Origin: Gammaproteobacteria bacterium
GTDB taxonomy: Bacteria; Pseudomonadota; Gammaproteobacteria; Ga0077536
Assembly (NCBI GenBank): GCA_963662545.2
Contig: CAXXLL010000003.1
Coordinates: 2,656,001 to 2,720,000, forward strand
Length of the DNA: 64,000 bases
Reading direction: 5' to 3'
Each line of letters opens with the position of its first letter. Position 1 is the first letter of the stretch. Positions 21,688-31,813 of the stretch are shown piece after piece. Under the pieces are notes generated by a model, which saw only the letters and a list, made by a program, of their open reading frames with translations, was not told where the DNA came from and did no database searches. Made by a program: the position numbers and the translations under genes.

Positions 21688-23210
21688 CCACCGAACTCAA
21701 GGTTGACCCGGTGGGTCCACAGGAACCTCCCACGCTGCTTCGCTCCGCGTAACGCAAGCGCTACACGAAGCAGCGCGGGTCCCTCCTATGGACTACCGGG
21801 ACAACCCCCCAACACTGCGTACCGCATAACGTTAAGTGGACTAGTTTTGCTCCGCCCGGGTGGACTAATTTTGCTCCGCCGTTGACATCCGCCCGTCAAT
21901 ACAAGGTCGTCATGCCCGTACGCTAACCAGCCGGAGGCTTGGGCAGTACGGAAGCGTCAGGGTGTCAAAACCTCGGCGCCTCGCGCGCAGGCCCCAACAA
22001 GTGAGACACCGAGACCCATAGGTACTTAAGCCAAACGCCGACGTGGTTGGAGGACCCCCCTGGTGCTTCAAGCCAAAGGGTCCCATCGGCGACTCTTTCC
22101 ACATGCGCGATAAACTTAATTATCGCGTATCGGGAACCTGGTTCAGCCATGATGTGAGCGTCCGGGACGTGAGCCGGGGCCCGCGTCGACCGAGACCGAC
22201 AGGGGCCAGCAATACTGCGCACAGGGTGTCATCGAAGGGTCATGAGATTCTGCGCGCCAGGGTCGCCCGGGCCATCGCATGGGGCTATCGCCCCGCGGCC
22301 ACCGGCACGCCTTGCTCGCGGATCACGCGCTATCGCCGTCCGCTGCGAGGGCGGCTACTCGTCAAGGCGGCGCGGGAATTGCGGGGCCGTCTAGCTATGA
22401 CGGCTTTCAGCGAAGGGGTGTTGTCCGGCGTGTGCATCGACGCGCCGTTGAGTGAGCATGCACGACGGGGCGAGTATCCTGGTGGCTGGGCAGCTTCACG
22501 ACCTAAAGCATGCTCACGCATTGACCGGCTCCACTGGGGGGAGGCGGTTTGGCTGTCAATTTCAGGGCCTAAAACATTGTTAGAAGAGCTGCAACGTGGA
22601 GCCAAAACGGCGCTCACAGCCCAAACGGCGCCGATGAAAGACGCAATGGGCGCAATGGGCGCAATTTTGCAGGCCTTTTCAGGGAGACAAGATAAAAGGC
22701 CTGTCAGCCGCGGTGAAGCATCATGCCCGGGCGTTGTGCCCCACGCCGCTCACGCTCTCAACCAGGATCGCATCGCAAGACTTGGCTCATCACGCCGGAC
22801 CTGCCCGCTGCCCAGCGCTCCTGGCGCGTCGGCACCCGTTGCGCAAACGCAGGCTTCAAACCCTGCCCGCACCGGCGGCAACGGTCATGCCGTTCGACAT
22901 CGCGCAGCGTCCATAGTACCGACCTCGTTGGGCACCTCAATTGCATCATCGCCCAGGGCCCGAGCGCACTGCGTCCGGGCCGCGGTACAATCCACCGCGT
23001 GCAGAAACTGCTGTCTCGCCGGGTTCCGCACCGAACGGGGTCGTCCCGATCTCGGCCCGTTGAGACATGACGCTGTGTTACCTGCGCCGTCCCCCTCAGA
23101 ATTTCGGCGACGGGGTGATACATTGGTGATACAAAATTTCTAGATTAACGAAGTTCGTCTCACAACTGATTGAATAATAATTTTTTTTGATACGAAATCG
23201 AATTATAAAT

Positions 23211-23564
23211 TCACTGATTATGAAACGGTTTGTAGCGCACCGTGGTCGAGCACAGGGCATTGAAAGCCCGTTGAATATCGGCAATGCAACCCGCCGAGTG
23301 CCCGCCGAAGCTTTCGATCAGGCTCACCGCTAAACGGAACGGCGTAATCTCCCGTTCACGCCGACAGAACCGCGTTGCACGCCCCAAATCGTTGAGCGTG
23401 CGCTCGCCTAGCGTGCGTTTTAACTGACGACTCACCGTGCTAATTTGTTTGTGCTCCATCCGATACTCCCAGATCATGATGTTGATTGATGTTGATTTCA
23501 TGATCTGATCGGGTGGAGCGCTTTTGGTTCCCTCTTTTCAACGGGTTATAAGATCCGACCTATG
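23211..23564 (-). mobile_element. IS4-family remnant: left end plus transposase N-terminus
   Basis: Minus-strand end CATAGGTCGGATCTTATAA; ORF ...FCRREREITP...IADIQRAFN...YKPFHNQ stops abruptly. Confidence 0.7.
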
Positions 23565-23572
23565 ATGGACGG

Positions 23573-24886
23573 CTAACTTCCCGGAGACGCATCCTTGCCC
23601 GGAGCTCTGCGTGCTCCGCCCGCGTCGGGCAACACGTAACGGACCTCGACATCCGGGGTCCTCACGGGCTTGCCATTGTCGATGCGCGGCCTGAATAAAG
23701 TTGCGGCCACGTGTTTGCGGGCTTTTCGCGCAATATCCTTTGAGCTGGCGGGCCTGGTTTTCACAATTTTGATGTTACGCGCTCGTCCTTTGCTGTCGAC
23801 ATCAAAGCGCGCGAGCGCATAGTTGCCCATGTTATCGAGTGTCATCAGCTTGGTCGTGGTGTCGGCGGCAGGGGTGAACTCGGGCAGCGCACGCGGCTGC
23901 AAAAATAGCGCGCTGGCAGGCTCCGCGCCGTCGGCGCGGAGCAAACGCTGCGCCTCCGCATACCGCTTTGCCGCTGTTTGAGGCCTGCTGAAGAGGAAGT
24001 GCCAGTCACCAAGCAGCGCTGCCGCGTGTGCCTCACCGCGCACATCACCAGCGCTGCGTTGTATCTCCATGGCCTCTTCCAAGGCGACGCGTCCGTCAAT
24101 GAAGCTGTGAATGAAGTGGTTCCGGCTCGAGATCGCGGCGTCGTTCTGGCGTTCGATAAATTCGCTCGTAGCCAGTTCTAAAGATGTGTTTATTCGTTGT
24201 GGCGTGCGGTTAACCATCCCATCGCTGGCGCCCGTCGATACGTATCGCACCATGTCGTAGGCGAGCGCAGCGCGCAAATTCAACATTTCCACCAGGCGTT
24301 GGTCACGTTCGCCGTAGGCCGAGGCGGCAACAACAAGTGCGTGTTCTGTGGCCTCCCAGCCCAACACGAGGTGGTCGTAGGGCGGCTGCGATGTCGGTAA
24401 CCGATGTGCTTCGCGCTTCCAGCGTGCGTAGCGCATCCAGATCTCAACCAACTGTTCGGCCATGTCGCGGGATTCGGGCGGATGCACCGACGCCAGAAGC
24501 TTGAAGTGCGCGTCAACCTGCTCCCAATTCCCCTGCGCACGGTGGCTTTCTATCAACAGGTCGATGATCGGTATCTGGCCGGGGTCATGAAGACCGAGGT
24601 GTGTGCGGCGGATCTGCAGCGCGTTCGAGAAGCTGTCTACGGCGCCGCCGTGATCGCTGGCGTTCCGTTGGGCGAGTCCGAGATCAAGCCAGTGCTCGGC
24701 GAGCGCGAAGCCGTCTCTACCGTGCTCGCCTTCGAGCTCGGCGATGTGAGCCTGATAGTCGGTGATCGAGGTGCGCGGCGCGGTATCGGACGCAATTGCC
24801 TTCCCATACGGCAACGGTTCGGCACTGGCATGCGCGGCGGCGATCAGGATGAGGAATACGGCTATTCGCGAACTCTGCTTGGACAT
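23573..24886 (-). CDS. Exported TPR-like protein with C-terminal TonB domain
   Basis: Signal peptide, helical repeats, LGDWHFLF, C-terminal RFDVDSKGRARNIKIV...FRPRIDNGKPV. Confidence 0.75.
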   Translation of the reverse strand: MSKQSSRIAVFLILIAAAHASAEPLPYGKAIASDTAPRTSITDYQAHIAELEGEHGRDGFALAEHWLDLGLAQRNASDHGGAVDSFSNALQIRRTHLGLHDPGQIPIIDLLIESHRAQGNWEQVDAHFKLLASVHPPESRDMAEQLVEIWMRYARWKREAHRLPTSQPPYDHLVLGWEATEHALVVAASAYGERDQRLVEMLNLRAALAYDMVRYVSTGASDGMVNRTPQRINTSLELATSEFIERQNDAAISSRNHFIHSFIDGRVALEEAMEIQRSAGDVRGEAHAAALLGDWHFLFSRPQTAAKRYAEAQRLLRADGAEPASALFLQPRALPEFTPAADTTTKLMTLDNMGNYALARFDVDSKGRARNIKIVKTRPASSKDIARKARKHVAATLFRPRIDNGKPVRTPDVEVRYVLPDAGGARRAPGKDASPGS

Positions 24887-24923
24887 CGCGAGTGATTCTC
24901 TGTGTGCCTCAATTTTGACTGCT

Positions 24924-27347
24924 TCAACTACCGATCGTTCGTGTCTCGGCTTGTTCCGGTCCGAACGGCTGGAAGGTCATGATCAATACGGGCAACAGAA
25001 ACAGGTCGGCGATCAAGGCCGCGAGCACCGCGCCCGATAACAACAATCCGAAGCTGGCGAGGACGGCGAGGTCCGACCACAGATAGGTCAAAAACGCCAC
25101 GATGAGAATGATCGTGGTCGTGATCAAGGCCGGGCCGACACCCATCAATGCGCGTTTGAGTGAAACGCGGTAGTCGCCGTTGCGAGCGAATTCGACCTTA
25201 TAGCGATTGAGTAGATGAATGGTGTCGTCGACGGCAATGCCGATGGCGATGGTCGCCAACAGCAAGCGAAAAGAATCCAAGTTGATGCTCGCCAGGCCCA
25301 TGCAACCCAAGATGAAGATTATCGGTGTGAGATTGGCGATCATGGCCAGCACCCCGATCTTCACGCTGCCGTAGACCATGCAAATGAAACCGAAGATCAA
25401 AAGGAAAACCATGCTATAGCCTTGTATCTGGGACGTGCGGACATATTCGAAGATCCGCACCCACAGCACGCCTATGCCCGTCTTCTTGACTTCGACCCCG
25501 GCTACCGGACGCGCTTCGAGATAGGCGTCCAAATCGTCGAGTAATTCCCGCAGCACGCTCGAATCCGACCCTCTAATGCGTAGCTGTACGACCGTTTGCG
25601 ACGCATCGAAGTTGATGTAGTCGTTGATCTCCTCGCCGCCCGACAGCTGGTACAGGAACAAAAGCTGTGCCATCGCTTCGTGGTCGTCGGGCAGTCGGTA
25701 CCACGCGGGATCATCTTCGTGCAAAGCCTGGTTGAGGTCTCGGATAATTTCGACGATGTGCTGGCTTTTCTTCACGAGAGGTTTCGACTCGGCGTAGTCG
25801 GTAAAGTCCTCGATCAGCCGCAGCATCTGGGCGTTATTGATGCCGTCTGCCTTGCCCGTGTCAAAGATGTACACGGCGCTGATCCACCCACCCATGATCT
25901 CGTCCGCTTTCTCGATATTGCGCCGCATCTCCACGTGCGGCTTGAAATCTTCGAGCATATTGAAGTCCACGCTCAGCCGCGAGATGCCGATCAGCGAAAA
26001 GACCAAGATCAAGCACGACACCACAATCACGCCCTTGGGGTGCTCGAGATTAACTGCCACGACTTTCTCAAGGGCGCGCTCAATGACACGCACCGCGGGT
26101 TTGCTCTGCGGACTGGCGGCATCCAGGCTTCCCGGTTTTGTCAGCGCCGAATAACTGACCATCAAAGTCACGCTCAGCACGAAGGCGACGAGGACGCCGA
26201 ATCCGGCATAGATAGCCATCTCCGAGATGCCCTGCAACGATGACGTCGTCATCCCCAGCAGGCCGATGGCGGTCGTCAGCGCCGCTAGCAGGCACGGCGT
26301 ACCGACCTCCTCGATGGCCATGCGCGCGGCGGCGCTGGCGAGGTCTACGCGCCGGCGTGCGCGTTGATAAGCCAGCATGACGTGCACCGTTTGCGACACG
26401 CCAATCGCGCAGATCAAGGTGGGCACCATCATGAACATCATGCCCAGCGACCAACCCATCAAGCCGATGAACCCCACCGTCACCGCTATCGTGATCAGTA
26501 CGACCGTCAGCGGCGCGATCAAACCCGACAACGGGGTAGGGAACAGTAAGACGGCGACGAGCGCGATCAGCACGAGGGTGCCGAACGTTATGATCGGCGT
26601 ATCGAAGACGATGCGCTCGTTGTAGAGCGCATTGAACGGCACGTCGCCCGATATGTAGAACTTGATGTTGCTGTATTCGGGCCGCGCCATGATCTCATTG
26701 AGGACGTTATTCGCCGCCTGCGGATAAAGATTGTCCAGCCCGTCGCCGCCTAGTGGGTCGAGGCGGATGTCCTCCATCACGTCGGTGCTGGTCTTGGTCA
26801 TGTCGGCGATGATCGCGCCGTACTCGCCGTCGCGGCTGATCAAATTCCCGACGAACATCGGTTTTGAAAGGGCGATGTTGCGGAGCTTCACCAGCTCGTC
26901 CTGGTGCTCCGGGAAGCCGTAGAAGAGGTCGTGGATCTCGAGCAGGTCACCCGTCACTTCTATGAACTCCGTGTTGGCGAGGCTCGTAACTTTTCTCACG
27001 AACGGGACTTCGAGTTCGATGGCTTCGGTCAGCTTCGCGATCGTGCGCATCACCTCGATATCGAAGGGACCGTATTCGGTGTCGGGCGCGTGATAGAGGA
27101 TATAGATGGTTTCGTCCGAATAGAATTCTCGTTGGTACTCCATGTAGAACTGGTAAGTCGGATCGTCGTCGTTGAAAAACGAGTTCAATCCGTTATCGGC
27201 ATGCGTTTTAGACGCAAAGTAGACGCCGCCGCACGCCAGCACCACGGTCAACAGCAAGACGATCCTTTGATGCGTCGCCGACCAGGCCGCGATGTGCCCG
27301 AACTGTGTGTCGAGCCAGGTCAGGAAAGTGGTTTTTTGGTTCCGCAT
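24924..27347 (-). CDS. MMPL/RND-family membrane transporter
   Basis: 807 aa, two TM bundles, IAIGIAVDDTIH, LTTAIG. Confidence 0.9.
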   Translation of the reverse strand: MRNQKTTFLTWLDTQFGHIAAWSATHQRIVLLLTVVLACGGVYFASKTHADNGLNSFFNDDDPTYQFYMEYQREFYSDETIYILYHAPDTEYGPFDIEVMRTIAKLTEAIELEVPFVRKVTSLANTEFIEVTGDLLEIHDLFYGFPEHQDELVKLRNIALSKPMFVGNLISRDGEYGAIIADMTKTSTDVMEDIRLDPLGGDGLDNLYPQAANNVLNEIMARPEYSNIKFYISGDVPFNALYNERIVFDTPIITFGTLVLIALVAVLLFPTPLSGLIAPLTVVLITIAVTVGFIGLMGWSLGMMFMMVPTLICAIGVSQTVHVMLAYQRARRRVDLASAAARMAIEEVGTPCLLAALTTAIGLLGMTTSSLQGISEMAIYAGFGVLVAFVLSVTLMVSYSALTKPGSLDAASPQSKPAVRVIERALEKVVAVNLEHPKGVIVVSCLILVFSLIGISRLSVDFNMLEDFKPHVEMRRNIEKADEIMGGWISAVYIFDTGKADGINNAQMLRLIEDFTDYAESKPLVKKSQHIVEIIRDLNQALHEDDPAWYRLPDDHEAMAQLLFLYQLSGGEEINDYINFDASQTVVQLRIRGSDSSVLRELLDDLDAYLEARPVAGVEVKKTGIGVLWVRIFEYVRTSQIQGYSMVFLLIFGFICMVYGSVKIGVLAMIANLTPIIFILGCMGLASINLDSFRLLLATIAIGIAVDDTIHLLNRYKVEFARNGDYRVSLKRALMGVGPALITTTIILIVAFLTYLWSDLAVLASFGLLLSGAVLAALIADLFLLPVLIMTFQPFGPEQAETRTIGS

Positions 27348-27952
27348 TGAGCCCCCGGAACGGGAGCGTAGCGGAATCCGGGATCAAAATGCACGCAGAG
27401 GAGCGTTACTCGGTGATGTCGATGGGGATGCGAGTCACCGTAACGTCGAAAGCGATCGCTGCGTGATCTAGACGTAATGCCCGCTGGCCACCCAATTAAT
27501 TGGGCGGGTTAGAGGGTGTGGCGTAATCCGCTGTCAGGGGATCCCTTCGTCCCGGCCTGTTCGCGATGTTCCGATTGCGATCAGACGTCGAGCACCTCGG
27601 TCGGCGCGCACTTTGCAGACAATCGGTACCAAAGCGCATCGAGCGGGACATCTCGAGCGATTGGATCCATGACGATTCCTTAGATTGAAGTCTCCACCAC
27701 CCGGCGATGATACTTCGATGGTGGATTTGACCGCAGTTTTGACTGCAACCAAGAGCGATTCAGGCGTGTTTCGTGTTGTTCAAGTCAGCGTAAGGTTCTG
27801 ATTTCTAACGGTAGTGATCATTGGTGAACGCACGTGACATAATTAGAAAACCGACGATCACTGTCCCCACGCTTCGACATCGCTTCTCTCCGCGATCCGC
27901 ACCCACGGCACCAGGCTCACTACACTGACGACACCACCAAAAGGAGACCGGG

Positions 27953-29122
27953 ATGGCACTCGAGTTCGCGAGCCCCAAGGAACTTGGATTTGACGGAAGC
28001 CGCCTCGCGCTTGTCGAGGAGGCGATCGAACGCGATCTCGATGGCGAGGTTTACGACGGCGCCGCGTTGGCCGTTGGACGGCGGGGTCGCCTCGCGCTCT
28101 TCTCGGTGCAGGGCTATGCCCACCGGGAGTCTGGGCGCCGGCTGAAGGAAGACGATGTCTTTGTCTCCTTTTCCTCGGGCAAACAGTTCACCGTCGCCGC
28201 GGTCTTGGCCTTTGTGGAGCGGGGCCTGCTGCAACTCCATCAGCCGGTGGCGGACCTCCTTCCCGAATTTGCGATCAACGGAAAGCGGTCGATCTCGCTC
28301 TTCCACCTCCTCACCCACACGAGCGGGATCCCTCCGTTTCCGCCCCCGCTTCCGGGTGCCGACGCCACTCGTCTCGAAACGGTGGTGGCCGCGATCTGTC
28401 CGTGTATCCCCGAAACGCGGCCCGGTGAGGCGGTGAAGTACTCGATCCTCACCGCCCACGCACTCATGGCGGAGATGGTGCGCCGCGTCGATGGAGGCCG
28501 GCGGCGTTTTGGCGAGATTGTCCGGGAGGAGGTGTTTGCCCCGCTCGGGATGGAGGACACCGCACTCGGGATGCCCGACGCGCTGCGCGATCGCCTTTGC
28601 CCGGTGGTGGTGCGCGATCGCAGCCCGGGGCTCCTCGACCCGGATCTCGTCGAGGGCCTTGGCAACACCCTCGGTGCCGACAGTGAAGTGCCGGCCGGTG
28701 GCTATGTCACCACGCTCCGCGACTTCGCCCGGTTCGCCGAGGCGCTCCGTGGCGGTGGCGCAATCGATGGCCAGCGCATCCTCTCGCCGGCCACGCTCGA
28801 ACTCGCCACCCGCAACTGGACGGGCGCGATGCCCAATGACCTCTGGCACTACGCGGTCGATTCCAGAGGATGGCCCGTATTCCCGGCCTATCTCGGGCTC
28901 GGCTTCTTCCTGCGCGGTGAGGGCATCTTCCCCACACCCTTTGGCTCGCTGGCGACACCGCGCACGTTCGGCGGAGTGGGTGCCGGCTCGACCACCTTCT
29001 TTGTGGATCCCGTGCGCGATCTCTTCTACGCGTTCCTCTCGACGGGGCTCATCGAAGAGAGTCGCTCGATGGAACGCCACCAACGCCTGGCGGATCTGGT
29101 CCACGCCGCCGTGGTCAACTGA
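27953..29122 (+). CDS. Serine hydrolase, beta-lactamase class C-like esterase family
   Basis: SxxK (FSSGK), LLTHTSG, PGEAVKYS, PLGMEDT; no signal peptide. Confidence 0.88.
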   Translation: MALEFASPKELGFDGSRLALVEEAIERDLDGEVYDGAALAVGRRGRLALFSVQGYAHRESGRRLKEDDVFVSFSSGKQFTVAAVLAFVERGLLQLHQPVADLLPEFAINGKRSISLFHLLTHTSGIPPFPPPLPGADATRLETVVAAICPCIPETRPGEAVKYSILTAHALMAEMVRRVDGGRRRFGEIVREEVFAPLGMEDTALGMPDALRDRLCPVVVRDRSPGLLDPDLVEGLGNTLGADSEVPAGGYVTTLRDFARFAEALRGGGAIDGQRILSPATLELATRNWTGAMPNDLWHYAVDSRGWPVFPAYLGLGFFLRGEGIFPTPFGSLATPRTFGGVGAGSTTFFVDPVRDLFYAFLSTGLIEESRSMERHQRLADLVHAAVVN

Positions 29123-29213
29123 GCGCGCGCCCGCGAGGCCGCGCCTGGAAGCGAGTAAGACGGTCCGCTTCGCTAGAGGGCGGAGAGCCTCATCCAAGAG
29201 CCAGCGCGATGCC

Positions 29214-29462
29214 TTAGGCGTGGACGCGGCGGCGCGAGGCGATGGCGGTGAGGCCGAGCCCCAGCAATATGGCGGTTGAAGGCTCCGGCACCACTTTGGG
29301 TGTGCCAAAGACGTCGGCTTTGCCGTCGTGGTACTCGCCGAAGCGCAGATCGACCGAGAAGGCCCCTTGGTCGGGCTGGGCCTGGGCAAAAACGACCCAG
29401 ACCATCGTCCATTCAAAGAGCAGGTCGGCCGCGACGGAGAGGTTGGTCGGCTCGTATATTTT
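29214..29462 (-). pseudogene. C-terminal remnant of a PEP-CTERM protein
   Basis: VPEPSTAILLGLGLTAIASRRR; frame closed upstream by a stop and no signal peptide. Confidence 0.7.
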
Positions 29463-29670
29463 TCACGCCGTCCATCGGCTTGCGGTCGGCTGTCGGTGGG
29501 ACTAGCGAATAGCGCCCGAACAGTATCGCGGCTTCCGGATCCACACACGCCATGGGTTCATGGCGCACCTGTCGCCGCGCGCCCGGCGCGGCGGCTGAGG
29601 GATTCGGTTTGGCCGGTGTGCGCGACAAGATTGCGCGCCGACCGGGTCAGCGGGTCGGAAGGCGCCGGTC

Positions 29671-30009
29671 TCAGGGCACCGGGCCGGGGGGGCGCGGATT
29701 CCACTCGGGGAAGCCCACCGTATCGTAGCCGTTCGGGGTCGGTACCTGACCGTAGCGTTCAATGGGAAACGATGCCTCAGTGAGCATCAGCAACAACTCG
29801 AGCAGCGTGCGATCGGACTGTGCCAAATCGTCGAGTTTCTTCGTGGCCAAATAGGCGAGCGCGCGCTCCGCGTGTTGCATCAGCTGGTCGTAGAACGACT
29901 GCAGCTCCGCCATGCTGCTTGCGTAGCGCTTCGCGTTTCTCTCAGGCCAGGTGCCGAGCGCCCAGCCCTCTTCGACCAGCGCCTCGAGCGCCGCGAAGCC
30001 GTCGGGCAA
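29671..30009 (-). CDS. Small conserved protein accompanying the Rieske oxygenase
   Basis: LPxGFxxLE...W...ER..KR..SSMxELQxFYD pattern; directly downstream of the oxygenase. Confidence 0.65.
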   Translation of the reverse strand: MPDGFAALEALVEEGWALGTWPERNAKRYASSMAELQSFYDQLMQHAERALAYLATKKLDDLAQSDRTLLELLLMLTEASFPIERYGQVPTPNGYDTVGFPEWNPRPPGPVP

Positions 30010-30040
30010 GCGCGCGGTTTCCGTTTTCTGCCCGGCCAGC

Positions 30041-31255
30041 TCAGTTCCCCTGCGTCGTAGACATCATGCGGTCCACGTGGTCATCGACCGTTTTCAGGTG
30101 ATGACGGATGCATATCTCGGAATCGCTGAGATGGATCTGGTTCACGACCGCGGTCTCGAGCCCCTTCTGCACCTGTTCGATCGCCTTTATATCCTCGATT
30201 AAGAATTCGCGCATCCACACGCGGCTGAGTTCGTTGGCAAATCGGTGGGCTGCGTTCTCAGCGGGGCGATAGTAGTTGCGGTATTCCCAGAGCGTCGTGC
30301 GGTGCGACAGCGGCCAGAAGTTGTAGGTGAAATAGGATCCACTGAAGACATCCACGAAAAAATTCGGAAAACAAATGTTGATATCGAGCGACCAGAGTTC
30401 TTCGTCCGAGGGGTTCACACCGGGGCACGCGCCGGCCCCTTCCGCGAAGGACGGCCCGTATTTGTACGAGAGTCCCTCGACCGCGCTCGGCTTGTGGTCG
30501 GGATTGTTGTACGTCGACAGCGTTCCGTGGCGTTCGCCGAGCTCGACCCAGACCGGACGGCCGAAATGGTTCTCTTTGCCGGTGATCAACGTTCCGCCGG
30601 TTTTCGGATGCACGAAGCTAAGGTGATAGACCTCGTTAAAGGCATACATCCCGGTCTTCCAGTTGGCGTTGAGCACACAGCGGTGCGAATAGTTCTCGGA
30701 CATCTCTGCAAACGGATAGTCGTCAAGCCGATCGCCGATTTCGCCTAGATATTCCCGCAGGCTCTGCGCGGGTTCGGGCATCAAGTTGATAAAGATGAAA
30801 CCATTCCAGTCGTCGACGTGGACCGCGATCAGGCCGTTGGCATCCTTGTCGACATCGTAAAACCGGCCCTCGTCCGGAACGAACTTGAGCTTACCGTCGA
30901 TCCCGTAGCTCCAGCCGTGGTTTTTGCACTTGAACGTTTGGCAGCTGCCTTGTTCGTCCCACGCGAGCTTGGTTGCGCGATGCCGGCAGACATTGTGAAA
31001 TGCCCTCAATGCGCCGTCATTCCCGCGTACGACGATGATGGACGCATTGCAGACCGCGAGATCTTTCGTAATGTAGTCCCCCGGTTCCGGGATATCCTCG
31101 ACGCGGCCGACGTTGAGCCAGCAGCGCCGGAAAACGGCGTCGCGCTCGCGCTCGAAATACGCTTCTGAGGTAAAAGCCTCCGTGCTGACCGGCCCCGTGC
31201 CAAGTTCGGGGTAATCGAGAGTCCACTTGTGCGAATACCTTTCAGGATTATTCAT
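30041..31255 (-). CDS. Rieske ring-hydroxylating oxygenase alpha subunit
   Basis: NVCRHR...CKNHGW Rieske motif; NWK...EVYHLSFVH mononuclear-Fe motif. Confidence 0.93.
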   Translation of the reverse strand: MNNPERYSHKWTLDYPELGTGPVSTEAFTSEAYFERERDAVFRRCWLNVGRVEDIPEPGDYITKDLAVCNASIIVVRGNDGALRAFHNVCRHRATKLAWDEQGSCQTFKCKNHGWSYGIDGKLKFVPDEGRFYDVDKDANGLIAVHVDDWNGFIFINLMPEPAQSLREYLGEIGDRLDDYPFAEMSENYSHRCVLNANWKTGMYAFNEVYHLSFVHPKTGGTLITGKENHFGRPVWVELGERHGTLSTYNNPDHKPSAVEGLSYKYGPSFAEGAGACPGVNPSDEELWSLDINICFPNFFVDVFSGSYFTYNFWPLSHRTTLWEYRNYYRPAENAAHRFANELSRVWMREFLIEDIKAIEQVQKGLETAVVNQIHLSDSEICIRHHLKTVDDHVDRMMSTTQGN

Positions 31256-31527
31256 GCCGTTTAAGGGTCGGTTTGATGGAGCGTAGATGGTATCGCGAGC
31301 ACGGACTGCTCCGCAACGGTCAGGAATGCGACGCGATTGACCGAGCGCGCATCTGACCCGGCGCGTCTCGGCTTCCAGCGTAACGGATTCGTGTTGCCTC
31401 GTGTGCGCGGGAATCGAATAAAGATACATTTCATGCGGGCAGATTCGAATCGAATGGAACCAACTGTAAGACAGAGTCGGAATATGTAGGCGGAGGTTGG
31501 CAGTTCAAATATAACGCGGAAATCCAA

Positions 31528-31628
31528 TGCCAACGCTCAACGCGCTAAACTCGGCCGAGACCGAGCGTCTGGGCGACTCAAACTCGGCCTTCGCCATATT
31601 TATGCCGTCGCTTAAGAACTAACCTATG
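31528..31628 (+). mobile_element. IS4-family remnant: transposase C-terminal tail plus right end
   Basis: NAQRAKLGRDRASGRLKLGL...*; ends CTTAAGAACTAACCTATG, related to the 23564 end. Confidence 0.6.
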
Positions 31629-31813
31629 AAAGGAGATTCGACATAGCGCGTTCAAAAAAAACATTAACTAAAATCGTTTTCTATGAACCCGAAAATGATG
31701 CGGAGTTCTACAAATTATGCGGTGGGGGCATTAGCTTCCCCGCAGCAGAATCCGAATCCACCGAATACAGGGTTTATACTTCACTATACGCACTGGAACC
31801 AGGAGGATTTGCG

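Larger units (their letters stand above)
19307..21887 (+). mobile_element. IS21-family insertion sequence, copy 2 (2581 bp, intact)
   Basis: Same termini as copy 1; intact istA and istB; no flanking direct repeat. Confidence 0.95.

Noticed and set aside
1508-21887. Intact composite transposon
   Set aside because: No target duplication at the outer ends
22043-23143. 366-aa ORF and other long antisense ORFs (e.g. 13311-14873, 27920-29548)
   Set aside because: No motifs; shadow ORFs typical of GC-rich DNA
27953-29122. Beta-lactam resistance gene
   Set aside because: No signal peptide or KTG motif; looks like a cytoplasmic esterase-type homolog
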